A stretch of 24,245 nucleotides of DNA from positions 1-24,245 of the IMG/VR virus record IMGVR_UViG_3300017785_004784; one strand, written 5' to 3'. This document shows, in pieces, positions 8,640 through 15,362 of the stretch. The translations under genes were made by a program, and so were the position numbers. Below the pieces are notes generated by a model. It saw only the letters and a list, made by a program, of their open reading frames with translations, searched no databases and was not told the DNA's origin. This DNA comes from a virus. Lineage: Duplodnaviria; Caudoviricetes. Numbering within the stretch: the first letter of the stretch is position 1; the number at the start of each line of letters is the position of its first letter.

Positions 8640-8792
8640 ATGACGATCAAAGTAGGTGACAGAGTACTGACGAAAGTAGGGTCCGGCGTAGTAGTAGCGA
8701 AGCGCAAAAAACCACTCGGAAGCTATGTAGTTTATGACGTTTTGATCGATGGCAAGGTGTGGACTTGTAGAAACGTATATTTAGACAAGTAA
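8640..8792 (+). CDS. 50-aa SH3/KOW-like beta-barrel protein
   Basis: AGGGGAAACAT-ATG; MTIKVGDRVLTKVGSGVVVAKRKKPLGSYVVYDVLIDGKVWTCRNVYLDK. Confidence 0.75.
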   Translation: MTIKVGDRVLTKVGSGVVVAKRKKPLGSYVVYDVLIDGKVWTCRNVYLDK

Positions 8793-8855
8793 GGTTTACA
8801 GGGTATCCCACGGGGTACCCGATAGACCGGAATTCACCGGTGATAGGGGAAACAT

Positions 8856-9176
8856 ATGGCAGATCGAATAAATAAAAAGATGGTCGAAACACAATTCATC
8901 AACTTGTGTGACGCAATGGGGAAGTGAGTTGCTACTCATTACAAGGATGTAGGGGCATGGCGGTTGGATTATCAACGATGCTACGGCGGTTTCTGTATTG
9001 TGGAATTGACGGAGCACGGGGAGTCTCTCCCATATGGTCACGGGCGATATAAGGCAAGCGAGATGTTTAATATGCTCCAATTCGCACTACGTTCGATAGC
9101 TATCGACCGTTTGGATGGAGAAACCTTCACCGGCTCATTTTGGCCAACTGATAAGATTACCAACGCTAGAAACTAA
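8856..9176 (+). pseudogene. 106-codon early gene interrupted by one in-frame TGA (8925-8927)
   Basis: AGGGGAAACAT-ATG at 8856; MADRINKKMVETQFINLCDAMGK*VATHYKDVGAWRLDYQRCYGG... continues in frame into track ORF 8964-9176. Confidence 0.75.
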
Positions 9177-9187
9177 TAGGGGACACC

Positions 9188-9508
9188 ATGAAAGCGATAT
9201 TTTTCACACTAGCAATGATTCCAACCGTCGCAGCGGCTCAATTTGACGATGTGGACGCCCACGATGCCCCACAAGGCTCCATCTATGGCAACCCTAACCC
9301 TGTAATCATCCAGCCTGGTGTCCCCGTTCCAAGGGACAGAGGACCATGGGGAACCGGCTATAGCGTTGTCACCGAAACCAGGGAGCGGCCTGATGCTTGG
9401 GGTCGATTTTTAGGCGAGCGTGACGCTACGACGACGACAACCACGCAAAGGGTGGTTCCTAACGATGCCTTGGGTCAACCGATCAAAGGCATGGAACTCC
9501 CCTGGTAG
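9188..9508 (+). CDS. Secreted hypothetical protein
   Basis: Signal peptide MKAIFFTLAMIPTVAAA|Q; AGGGGACAC RBS. Confidence 0.8.
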   Translation: MKAIFFTLAMIPTVAAAQFDDVDAHDAPQGSIYGNPNPVIIQPGVPVPRDRGPWGTGYSVVTETRERPDAWGRFLGERDATTTTTTQRVVPNDALGQPIKGMELPW

Positions 9509-9584
9509 TGAGTGCCCTACCTAGTGATAGGTGGGGTGCTGATTGCCAGTTCGGGATCTGTTTAACGCTAAAATGGGGGAAACC

Positions 9585-9773
9585 ATGAAAAAGTATATTT
9601 GTTGTGCTGTGGTGTTGTTGTGTTCCGGTTGTACTGGAATCGAGCTTGGTGGACGTCTCGGAGTTTACCGAGTCGACGAACGTCAGGAGTCGAGCCGGAC
9701 TAACGTAGAGAATAAAGTCCCGCTTAAATGCTACTTCGTAAGCTGTTCTGAACCGACTAACGACATCAAATAG
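9585..9773 (+). CDS. Small lipoprotein
   Basis: GGGGGAAACC-ATG; MKKYICCAVVLLCSGC lipobox-like signal. Confidence 0.7.
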   Translation: MKKYICCAVVLLCSGCTGIELGGRLGVYRVDERQESSRTNVENKVPLKCYFVSCSEPTNDIK

Positions 9774-9781
9774 GTGACATC

Positions 9782-9949
9782 ATGATAGATCAGATCAAAC
9801 AACTACTCTTTACGCCTACGGGTATCATCGTTTCGTTGCTCCATGTAGCGTTTTTTGTTGGTGCTGTAACCTGCTGGATCGGTATTCAGACTCAAATCCT
9901 TGGGAATGACCCAATCGAGCAGGTGCAACAACTAGGGAAACGACGATGA
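9782..9949 (+). CDS. 55-aa membrane protein
   Basis: AGGTGA RBS; MIDQIKQLLFTPTGIIVSLLHVAFFVGAVTCWIGIQTQILGNDPIEQVQQLGKRR; ATGA overlap with next gene. Confidence 0.75.
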   Translation: MIDQIKQLLFTPTGIIVSLLHVAFFVGAVTCWIGIQTQILGNDPIEQVQQLGKRR

Positions 9950-10449
9950 AGCCGGTTCAGGGTAGCCCTGCCGATCCAGGTTGGATCGGTGGGGTTGTTA
10001 TAATCGCCGTGGCGGGTTGTGCTGTAAGATTACCCGCTGACCTATCCTACCACACCCTTCGCTTCTTTGGACTCAATAGCGGCCATTCCAGAGCCGTTAT
10101 AAGCCAAGAGGTGACTAGAGCCGCTGATGCTTATGGCCTGGATCGGAACGTGTATCACGCCGTGATACAGGTCGAGAGTTCTGGGAACGTAACAGCGGAG
10201 AGCCCCGCAGGTGCTCGGGGATTGTCTCAGGTTATGCCATTTAACGCCAAGCGGTGTGGCTGGCATCCAGATCGGCTATGGGACCCAACTCACAACGTTC
10301 GGTGTGGCGCTCGTATATTGTCGGAGGAGTTAGAACGAACCGGCAACATCCGAGACGCTCTCACCGTGTACAACTGTGGCAAAATTAACTGCAAGGAGGG
10401 GAAAGAATACGCTAGAAAGGTACTTTCACTAGCTAAACAATTAGGCTAG
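9946..10449 (+). CDS. Membrane-anchored lytic transglycosylase (SLT domain)
   Basis: AVIQVESS (catalytic E), GARGLSQVMP, NVRCGARIL, ALTVYNCG motifs; N-terminal hydrophobic segment ending VAGC. Confidence 0.9.
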   Translation: MKPVQGSPADPGWIGGVVIIAVAGCAVRLPADLSYHTLRFFGLNSGHSRAVISQEVTRAADAYGLDRNVYHAVIQVESSGNVTAESPAGARGLSQVMPFNAKRCGWHPDRLWDPTHNVRCGARILSEELERTGNIRDALTVYNCGKINCKEGKEYARKVLSLAKQLG

Positions 10450-10483
10450 TAAGATGTAAGATGTAATTTTATTGGAGACAACC

Positions 10484-10864
10484 ATGAATATATTCAAAAA
10501 ACTATTTAGACCGACACCGCCAACCGAGTTGATTGAACTAAAAGCAACCAAGCATTGTACTCGATGCAAAAAAACGCTCGAAACAGTGCAGTTCAACAAG
10601 TGCTCAAGAGCACCTGACGGGTTGCAGTATTGGTGCCGCAAGTGCCAGGGCGGTTTTGACCGCTCGCGCCTTAAAAAGAAGAAAAAGTTCCTTAGTCGAG
10701 TGCCTAAAACTAACTTCGAGAAAGCTACAATATCTCTGAACATTCCAGCGGTGCCACAAGCTCAGTACAGGCAGCTTGTGGAGCTTGCCAAGGCTCGAAA
10801 ATGGCCGATGGAAAAGCTCTACGCTCAGATGGTAACGGATTTTTTAACACTTCACACAAAATAA
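10484..10864 (+). CDS. Zinc-finger protein with possible C-terminal ribbon-helix-helix
   Basis: KHCTRCK...DGLQYWCRKC; C-terminal ISLNIP...YRQLVELAKARKWPMEKLYAQMVTDFL; GGAGACAACC-ATG. Confidence 0.7.
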   Translation: MNIFKKLFRPTPPTELIELKATKHCTRCKKTLETVQFNKCSRAPDGLQYWCRKCQGGFDRSRLKKKKKFLSRVPKTNFEKATISLNIPAVPQAQYRQLVELAKARKWPMEKLYAQMVTDFLTLHTK

Positions 10865-10874
10865 GGGGAAGTAA

Positions 10875-11726
10875 ATGAACGATAAAGCACTAATAACACA
10901 AAACAACGTGGAGATGCTAAATACACTCCGCAATACCGTTGCACCAGGGTTGACCGATAGCGAGTTTGCACTATTTGCGGAGATCGTTAAGTCAACCGGC
11001 CTAAATCCTGTCACTAAAGAGGTGTGGGCGATTAAAGCAGGTGGAAGGCTTCAGCTCATGACAGGGATCAACGGATTCCTGCGCATCGCTAATTCTCACC
11101 CCATGTTCGATGGTATGGAAGTTGAGTTTGACAAGGACGGGGATCGTATCGTAGCGGCAACCGCTAAGGTTTACCGCAAGGATAGACGCTTCCCAGCCGT
11201 GGCAACCGCTTTTATGGCCGAATATGGCAAGCCTACGCCAATCTGGAAGCAGATGCCGTCGGTTATGCTTGCCAAATGCGCTAAGTCTCTCGCAATCCGT
11301 GAGGCTTTTGTGCAGGAGTTAGGCGGTTTGTACACTCAAGAAGAGATGCCGGCTGAATTTGCTCCCCCACGAGCTACAACCATCCCTAAAGAGGCTTTAA
11401 TCGTCTCTGAAAAGACTGGCAAGGTCATCGGGACCAAGGTTGAGGCCAAGGTTGAGCCTGTCGAGGACATTGTAGACGTAGAAACTGGGGAAATCTTAGT
11501 TGAAGAGGATGATTTACCTGACTCTATGCAGGTTAAGCCAAAAGCTAAGAAATCGAAGGCTACGACGACCTACTACAACCTGGAAACGCTACAGGGTGAC
11601 AAGCTCGTCATCGCTGAAACGTACCTAGTGGCCAACAACGCCAAGCGGCTGACGGAGACACATTGGAAGTCACCTATCCGGCTTGAGAAACTGACTACCT
11701 GCATTGATGAGGCTTTCAATGAGTAA
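10875..11726 (+). CDS. bet: Phage single-strand annealing recombinase (Bet/RecT family)
   Basis: TGLNPVTKEVWAIK, GINGFLRIA, WKQMPSVMLAKCA..LAIREAF..ELGGLYTQEEM. Confidence 0.92.
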   Translation: MNDKALITQNNVEMLNTLRNTVAPGLTDSEFALFAEIVKSTGLNPVTKEVWAIKAGGRLQLMTGINGFLRIANSHPMFDGMEVEFDKDGDRIVAATAKVYRKDRRFPAVATAFMAEYGKPTPIWKQMPSVMLAKCAKSLAIREAFVQELGGLYTQEEMPAEFAPPRATTIPKEALIVSEKTGKVIGTKVEAKVEPVEDIVDVETGEILVEEDDLPDSMQVKPKAKKSKATTTYYNLETLQGDKLVIAETYLVANNAKRLTETHWKSPIRLEKLTTCIDEAFNE

Positions 11727-11922
11727 CGATATACCACCGGCTGACTACTGCCGACCACGCTTTGACAGTCCGAGACCTGGCTATAAGCGGCACACCATCT
11801 TCATTAACGTGGATCTGTTGTGGCGCTGTAAGTCAGTGTGCTCAAAGGATAAAATCAGCTTCACCACGTTGCTGGAGGAGGCTTTGCGTAACCGTATTAA
11901 CTATCACGGGAAACTAAAATGA
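11719..11922 (+). CDS. Ribbon-helix-helix-like DNA-binding protein
   Basis: KRHTIFINVDLLWRCKSVC...ISFTTLLEEALR strand-helix-helix pattern. Confidence 0.65.
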   Translation: MSNDIPPADYCRPRFDSPRPGYKRHTIFINVDLLWRCKSVCSKDKISFTTLLEEALRNRINYHGKLK

Positions 11923-12176
11923 TTAGTCAGATAACACAGGACGCAATCACCTTTAGTGAGTCGTTTCTACCACATCCGAACAGGAACCAAGACCTGACGG
12001 ACTACCAAGCAGCATACGAGGAGGGAGCCAAGCAGGTGCTTCGTTACCTTCAACAGTTTGCTGGTAGGGTAAACGCTATGGTGCCGCCGATTAAGTCCAC
12101 TGGCTTCCAGGATGGACAGGTTGACGGCATCCTATGGACGGTGGAGCACGTCAGCACACTTTTCGGGATTGAATAA
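11919..12176 (+). CDS. Hypothetical protein
   Basis: ATGA overlap, GGGAAAC RBS; last gene of the + operon. Confidence 0.7.
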   Translation: MISQITQDAITFSESFLPHPNRNQDLTDYQAAYEEGAKQVLRYLQQFAGRVNAMVPPIKSTGFQDGQVDGILWTVEHVSTLFGIE

Positions 12177-12210
12177 TAAAAAAGCCGGTCAGGGGGAAAC
12201 TCTGACCGGC
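12176..12210 (-). terminator. Intrinsic terminator
   Basis: GCCGGTCAG-(9 nt)-CTGACCGGC perfect 9-bp stem (12184-12210) followed on the - strand by TTTTTTATT. Confidence 0.85.
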
Positions 12211-12250
12211 CACGACAAAATCAATGGAGACAAACCTATGAACGTGTCTC
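12176..12250 (-). ncRNA. Candidate ~75-nt antisense sRNA complementary to early-gene translation-initiation regions
   Basis: Own promoter and terminator; two hairpins carrying CGUUCAUAGGUUUGUCUCC and GUUUCCCCCU, complementary to repeated RBS motifs of + strand genes. Confidence 0.65.
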
Positions 12251-12254
12251 CCCA

Positions 12255-12283
12255 AACTTACAGCATTATCCAAGCAGCGTCAA
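12255..12283 (-). promoter_or_regulatory. Sigma70-type promoter for candidate sRNA
   Basis: TTGACG (12283-12278)-17 bp-TAAGTT (12260-12255). Confidence 0.65.
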
Positions 12284-12556
12284 AGTCCAATTCTCACTCG
12301 GCGCACACCTTTTAGGCTCGCTTTTAAGCGATGAATTAGCCACCAGTTGTCCGTAGTCGCAGAAGAAACGTTTATTGCGTCTGAGGCCATTCTCGCCAGC
12401 CTCGTAGTCCACTAGGAAAACATTCCCGTCAGCATCCACAGCCTTAAACGTGCCGGTGCGGTTGCCCTCATGCGTTGAAATAGGAGCATACTCCGGCAAA
12501 ATGCTGTAAAGGCGTTGGTGCAGGTCAGTGATAATAGGTTTATGCTTGTTTAACAT
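12266..12556 (-). CDS. Hypothetical protein
   Basis: 96 aa, AAGGAG RBS, overlaps upstream HTH gene. Confidence 0.7.
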   Translation of the reverse strand: MLNKHKPIITDLHQRLYSILPEYAPISTHEGNRTGTFKAVDADGNVFLVDYEAGENGLRRNKRFFCDYGQLVANSSLKSEPKRCAPSENWTLTLLG

Positions 12557-12728
12557 GACGCTCCTTCAACCAGGCTTCAATCTCAGCAATTTTTACCCGA
12601 CGGTGGGTTTTAAGTTTCAGATGTGGACACCCAGCTTTTAACCAACTGCGGATCGTCATATCAGAAACGCTAAAATAGGCCTTTGCTGCCGTTATCGTGA
12701 CGTAATTGTTTTTTTCTTCATCGGTCAT
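12540..12728 (-). CDS. Excisionase-like (MerR-superfamily) winged-helix protein
   Basis: YVTITAAKAYFSVSDMTIRSWLKAGCP...RRVKIAEIEAWL. Confidence 0.85.
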   Translation of the reverse strand: MTDEEKNNYVTITAAKAYFSVSDMTIRSWLKAGCPHLKLKTHRRVKIAEIEAWLKERHVKQA

Positions 12729-12762
12729 AAATTACCTTGCGGTTTCTGTAAGGTTCTTGTAG

Positions 12763-12791
12763 ATACTAAGTGCTTTTGTAGTCTTTATCAA
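12763..12791 (-). promoter_or_regulatory. Sigma70-type promoter in divergent intergenic region
   Basis: TTGATA (12791-12786)-17 bp-TAGTAT (12768-12763). Confidence 0.55.
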
Positions 12792-12800
12792 GGGGGATTT

Positions 12801-13121
12801 ATGGCTGGACCGACAAAATCGTGGCGAAACAAGGGAGTTGATATAGCGGCTTGGACTAATGAGAAGGGTCAAGTGTCGTTTACACTTCGTAAGCAGTATT
12901 TGAACAAGCAAACTCAAACTTGGACGGATACTAAATACCTATATCAAGATGACCTTAGAAACTTAATTGACCTCCTTCAACAGGCAGTCGCCTGGAATAG
13001 TGGCAACGCCGCTGACCGTGAGGAACACAAATGGGCTGCTGTAGAATCTGGCTCTCTCAGCGCAGTAGTCAAAGACACTGTGAAAGCAGTTAAGTTTGAA
13101 GATGACGATATACCTTTTTAA
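12801..13121 (+). CDS. Probable single-stranded DNA-binding protein
   Basis: Beta-rich N-terminus with aromatic residues and SSB-type acidic tip FEDDDIPF. Confidence 0.7.
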   Translation: MAGPTKSWRNKGVDIAAWTNEKGQVSFTLRKQYLNKQTQTWTDTKYLYQDDLRNLIDLLQQAVAWNSGNAADREEHKWAAVESGSLSAVVKDTVKAVKFEDDDIPF

Positions 13122-13129
13122 AGGACTTT

Positions 13130-13390
13130 ATGAAACTTTATAGTCTTTTTAGGGTAATAGACGGCAAGTGGGAGATAGTTTTGCACATACTGCGAAATGA
13201 TGACTGGAAGTTTCAGTATGAACCACGACCTGAACTTAGAGCGTTAATTGATGAACACTACGATGTAACTCCAGATGTTATGGCCAAGTTGTTGTTGGAT
13301 AACGTTTTACATTGCGAAGTTGTAGAGATTCATCACATGTCAGGTCAGGGTATTGTAGTGAGGCGATGCGATGATCAAGCCAGTGAGTGA
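13130..13390 (+). CDS. Hypothetical protein
   Basis: AAGGA RBS, operon spacing. Confidence 0.7.
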   Translation: MKLYSLFRVIDGKWEIVLHILRNDDWKFQYEPRPELRALIDEHYDVTPDVMAKLLLDNVLHCEVVEIHHMSGQGIVVRRCDDQASE

Positions 13391-13559
13391 GCTATTTAAG
13401 GATCAGTTGTGGCGTAAGTTGGAAGCACAGCACAAGGCGTCTGTAGAGCGAGGTAAGATAAACCCAGCCACGATTAGTCAGGACGCCGCCATCGTACGGT
13501 GGAGCAGTGAGGTATTAACTCAGGAACGCCTGAGAAAGGAGACAAAAAATGAACGCTGA
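13371..13559 (+). CDS. Hypothetical protein
   Basis: GAGG RBS, overlaps both neighbours. Confidence 0.6.
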   Translation: MIKPVSELFKDQLWRKLEAQHKASVERGKINPATISQDAAIVRWSSEVLTQERLRKETKNER

Positions 13560-14157
13560 TATACCCCCACTCAAAGTTTGGATTAGAAGGGAGTACCTTA
13601 CAAAAGGCGAGGAGTCAGGATTTGAGGAGGGGGTAGCGTTTGCGGTGCAGTCCATGAAAGGCAGAGCGCTGCACTTCCACGTTCTGCTAAAATCGGGTGC
13701 TCATTTTCGTCATGTCCCTTTACACTGGTTATGTCACAATGCTCCTGTAGTAACCGAGGAGCGGCCACTTGAAGCGTTACAGCTTTGGGACTGCTTTAGT
13801 TACAAGCCAGTAGTTACAGTTTTTGACCTGCTAAGAGACTATCAATGCGAGGCAATACTCCGTGACAAGACTAAGTATAACGCCACTTATTATTGCACAG
13901 TGGATTGGCTGCCTGATTGTGATTCTCAGTCTGGCTGGTTGTTACATCCCGACCAAAATAAATGCGCCCATATACTTCTGTTGGAAAACGGACAAATTGG
14001 ATGTCTGCCAACCAATAGAGTCCTCTTCAAAGACGGGTTCTATATCGGAAACGTTCCAGACGCTGCCACCCGCAACTATAAAACCGTGGACGTTGTTTTC
14101 ACCGCCGAAACCTGTGAGCGATGGTCAGTAGCAGACAAAGAGGAGACTTATTACTAA
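13549..14157 (+). CDS. Phage hypothetical protein (QLWDCFSY motif)
   Basis: 202 aa, AGGAGA RBS; motif pattern recalled from aquatic phage proteins of unknown function. Confidence 0.75.
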   Translation: MNADIPPLKVWIRREYLTKGEESGFEEGVAFAVQSMKGRALHFHVLLKSGAHFRHVPLHWLCHNAPVVTEERPLEALQLWDCFSYKPVVTVFDLLRDYQCEAILRDKTKYNATYYCTVDWLPDCDSQSGWLLHPDQNKCAHILLLENGQIGCLPTNRVLFKDGFYIGNVPDAATRNYKTVDVVFTAETCERWSVADKEETYY

Positions 14158-14537
14158 TGCAATACAGCACAGACAAAACACAACATGAACGATGGCAGGA
14201 TGATTTAGTTCATTTGGACGACCTTGCCGCTCAATTTATGATTGAAAACTATTCATCAATAAAAAAAGGTAGTCATTACGACGCTATCAAAGATGGGTTC
14301 CTCGTTGGATATAGGTTAGGTAAGCAAAACATAGTTATTGATGAGGCTGATTATATCCATACTCAATGGACTCAGTTACGAATTGCTCGGTTTCGTTTAG
14401 AGCAGTACGAAACAAGGCTTGAGGCAAAAGAATCAAAACTACACACGTTCCATGCTCATGTGCGCCGCAAACTTAAAGAGCTTAAAAAGTTAAAAAGCGT
14501 TTTGAAAGAAACGTTTACAATTAAGCAGGTAGACTAA
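14157..14537 (+). CDS. Hypothetical coiled-coil protein
   Basis: TAATG coupling at both ends; GAGGAG RBS. Confidence 0.7.
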   Translation: MQYSTDKTQHERWQDDLVHLDDLAAQFMIENYSSIKKGSHYDAIKDGFLVGYRLGKQNIVIDEADYIHTQWTQLRIARFRLEQYETRLEAKESKLHTFHAHVRRKLKELKKLKSVLKETFTIKQVD

Positions 14538-14890
14538 TGGTAAACAGTAGAGCCAAAGGCGCTAGAGGCGAGCGAGAGCTGGCCAATAAGCTAAAAGAGC
14601 ATGGGTTTGAAGCTCGTAGAGGCCAGCAGTTCTGTGGCTCCAACGGCGACCCAGATGTAGTGTGCACCGAATTAAGCGAATACCACATCGAATGTAAAGT
14701 TGTTCAGTCGCTCAACATCGACAAGGCAATGGCGCAGTCGCTCAATGACTGCAAGGACAAAACCCCAATATGCGTACACCGGAAAAACCACAAACCATGG
14801 CTAGTTACAATGTTCCTAGAGGACTGGTTAGCTCTAGTAAAAGCAAACCTTGGTCAGACGTTGAATCCGAACCAGGACCAAACGAAATAA
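14537..14890 (+). CDS. Holliday junction resolvase-like PD-(D/E)xK nuclease
   Basis: SRAKGARGERE...GDPDVV...HIECK motif. Confidence 0.88.
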   Translation: MVNSRAKGARGERELANKLKEHGFEARRGQQFCGSNGDPDVVCTELSEYHIECKVVQSLNIDKAMAQSLNDCKDKTPICVHRKNHKPWLVTMFLEDWLALVKANLGQTLNPNQDQTK

Positions 14891-15180
14891 ACACTCCCGA
14901 AGCCATTATGTGGCTGGCCGTTATCGACAAAGCCATTACGGATTACGTTGCGCCAACACCAGACTTATCAGCAACGTACGCACAAGGTTTAGATTGGTTT
15001 TTTTACGAGCGAAAGTCAGTTCCGTTCAACCTGGCCTATATTTGCGATATGCTGTTCGATGACTCATCCAAGGTATCAGCGATTCGTGCAAGGGTCACAC
15101 GATTAAAAAATAACCCAGAGGAGCTTAAACGCTTCGTAAAGAAACGATACAACCTACGAATCAACAGTAGGTTTTTTTAG
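14770..15180 (+). CDS. Hypothetical protein (start uncertain), possible late regulator
   Basis: WLAVIDKAITDY...DWFF...LAYICDML pattern; last + strand gene, convergent with lysis cassette. Confidence 0.6.
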   Translation: MRTPEKPQTMASYNVPRGLVSSSKSKPWSDVESEPGPNEINTPEAIMWLAVIDKAITDYVAPTPDLSATYAQGLDWFFYERKSVPFNLAYICDMLFDDSSKVSAIRARVTRLKNNPEELKRFVKKRYNLRINSRFF

Positions 15181-15362
15181 CGCTTTTTCTTGTCGATCAG
15201 ACTCCAAGCCTGACTAACGCCGTACAGTACAGCGCCACCAACTACAGGCTCCGCAGCCCGAACAAGGTTGTGAGCATCAGCCTCCGACACTCCAACTGTA
15301 AGCAAGCCACCAGCAGCAAGGGTCAACAGGTGCCGAATAAGGGAAGCAAGAAATACCGGCAT
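15177..15362 (-). CDS. Putative holin
   Basis: 61 aa, two hydrophobic segments, IRHLLT..GG and WSL..KKKR basic tail. Confidence 0.7.
   Translation of the reverse strand: MPVFLASLIRHLLTLAAGGLLTVGVSEADAHNLVRAAEPVVGGAVLYGVSQAWSLIDKKKR

Noticed and set aside
8925-8927. Genome-wide TGA stop-codon reassignment
   Set aside because: TGA acts as a true stop at many ATGA gene overlaps (e.g. terL/portal, 9946-9949, 11919-11922) and long genes are intact under code 11
8647-9080. - strand ORFs 8647-8892 and 8796-9080 (also 8157-8357)
   Set aside because: Antisense to + strand genes that have clear RBS motifs and promoter context
9188-10449. Type IV secretion / conjugation remnant (VirB1-VirB2-VirB7-like)
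   Set aside because: Only generic resemblance; no ATPase, channel components or relaxase in the window
12112-12315. + strand 67-aa ORF across the terminator
   Set aside because: Runs through two hairpins and overlaps a convergent gene; sequence better explained as a - strand sRNA, though a 25-aa peptide from ATG 12238 cannot be excluded
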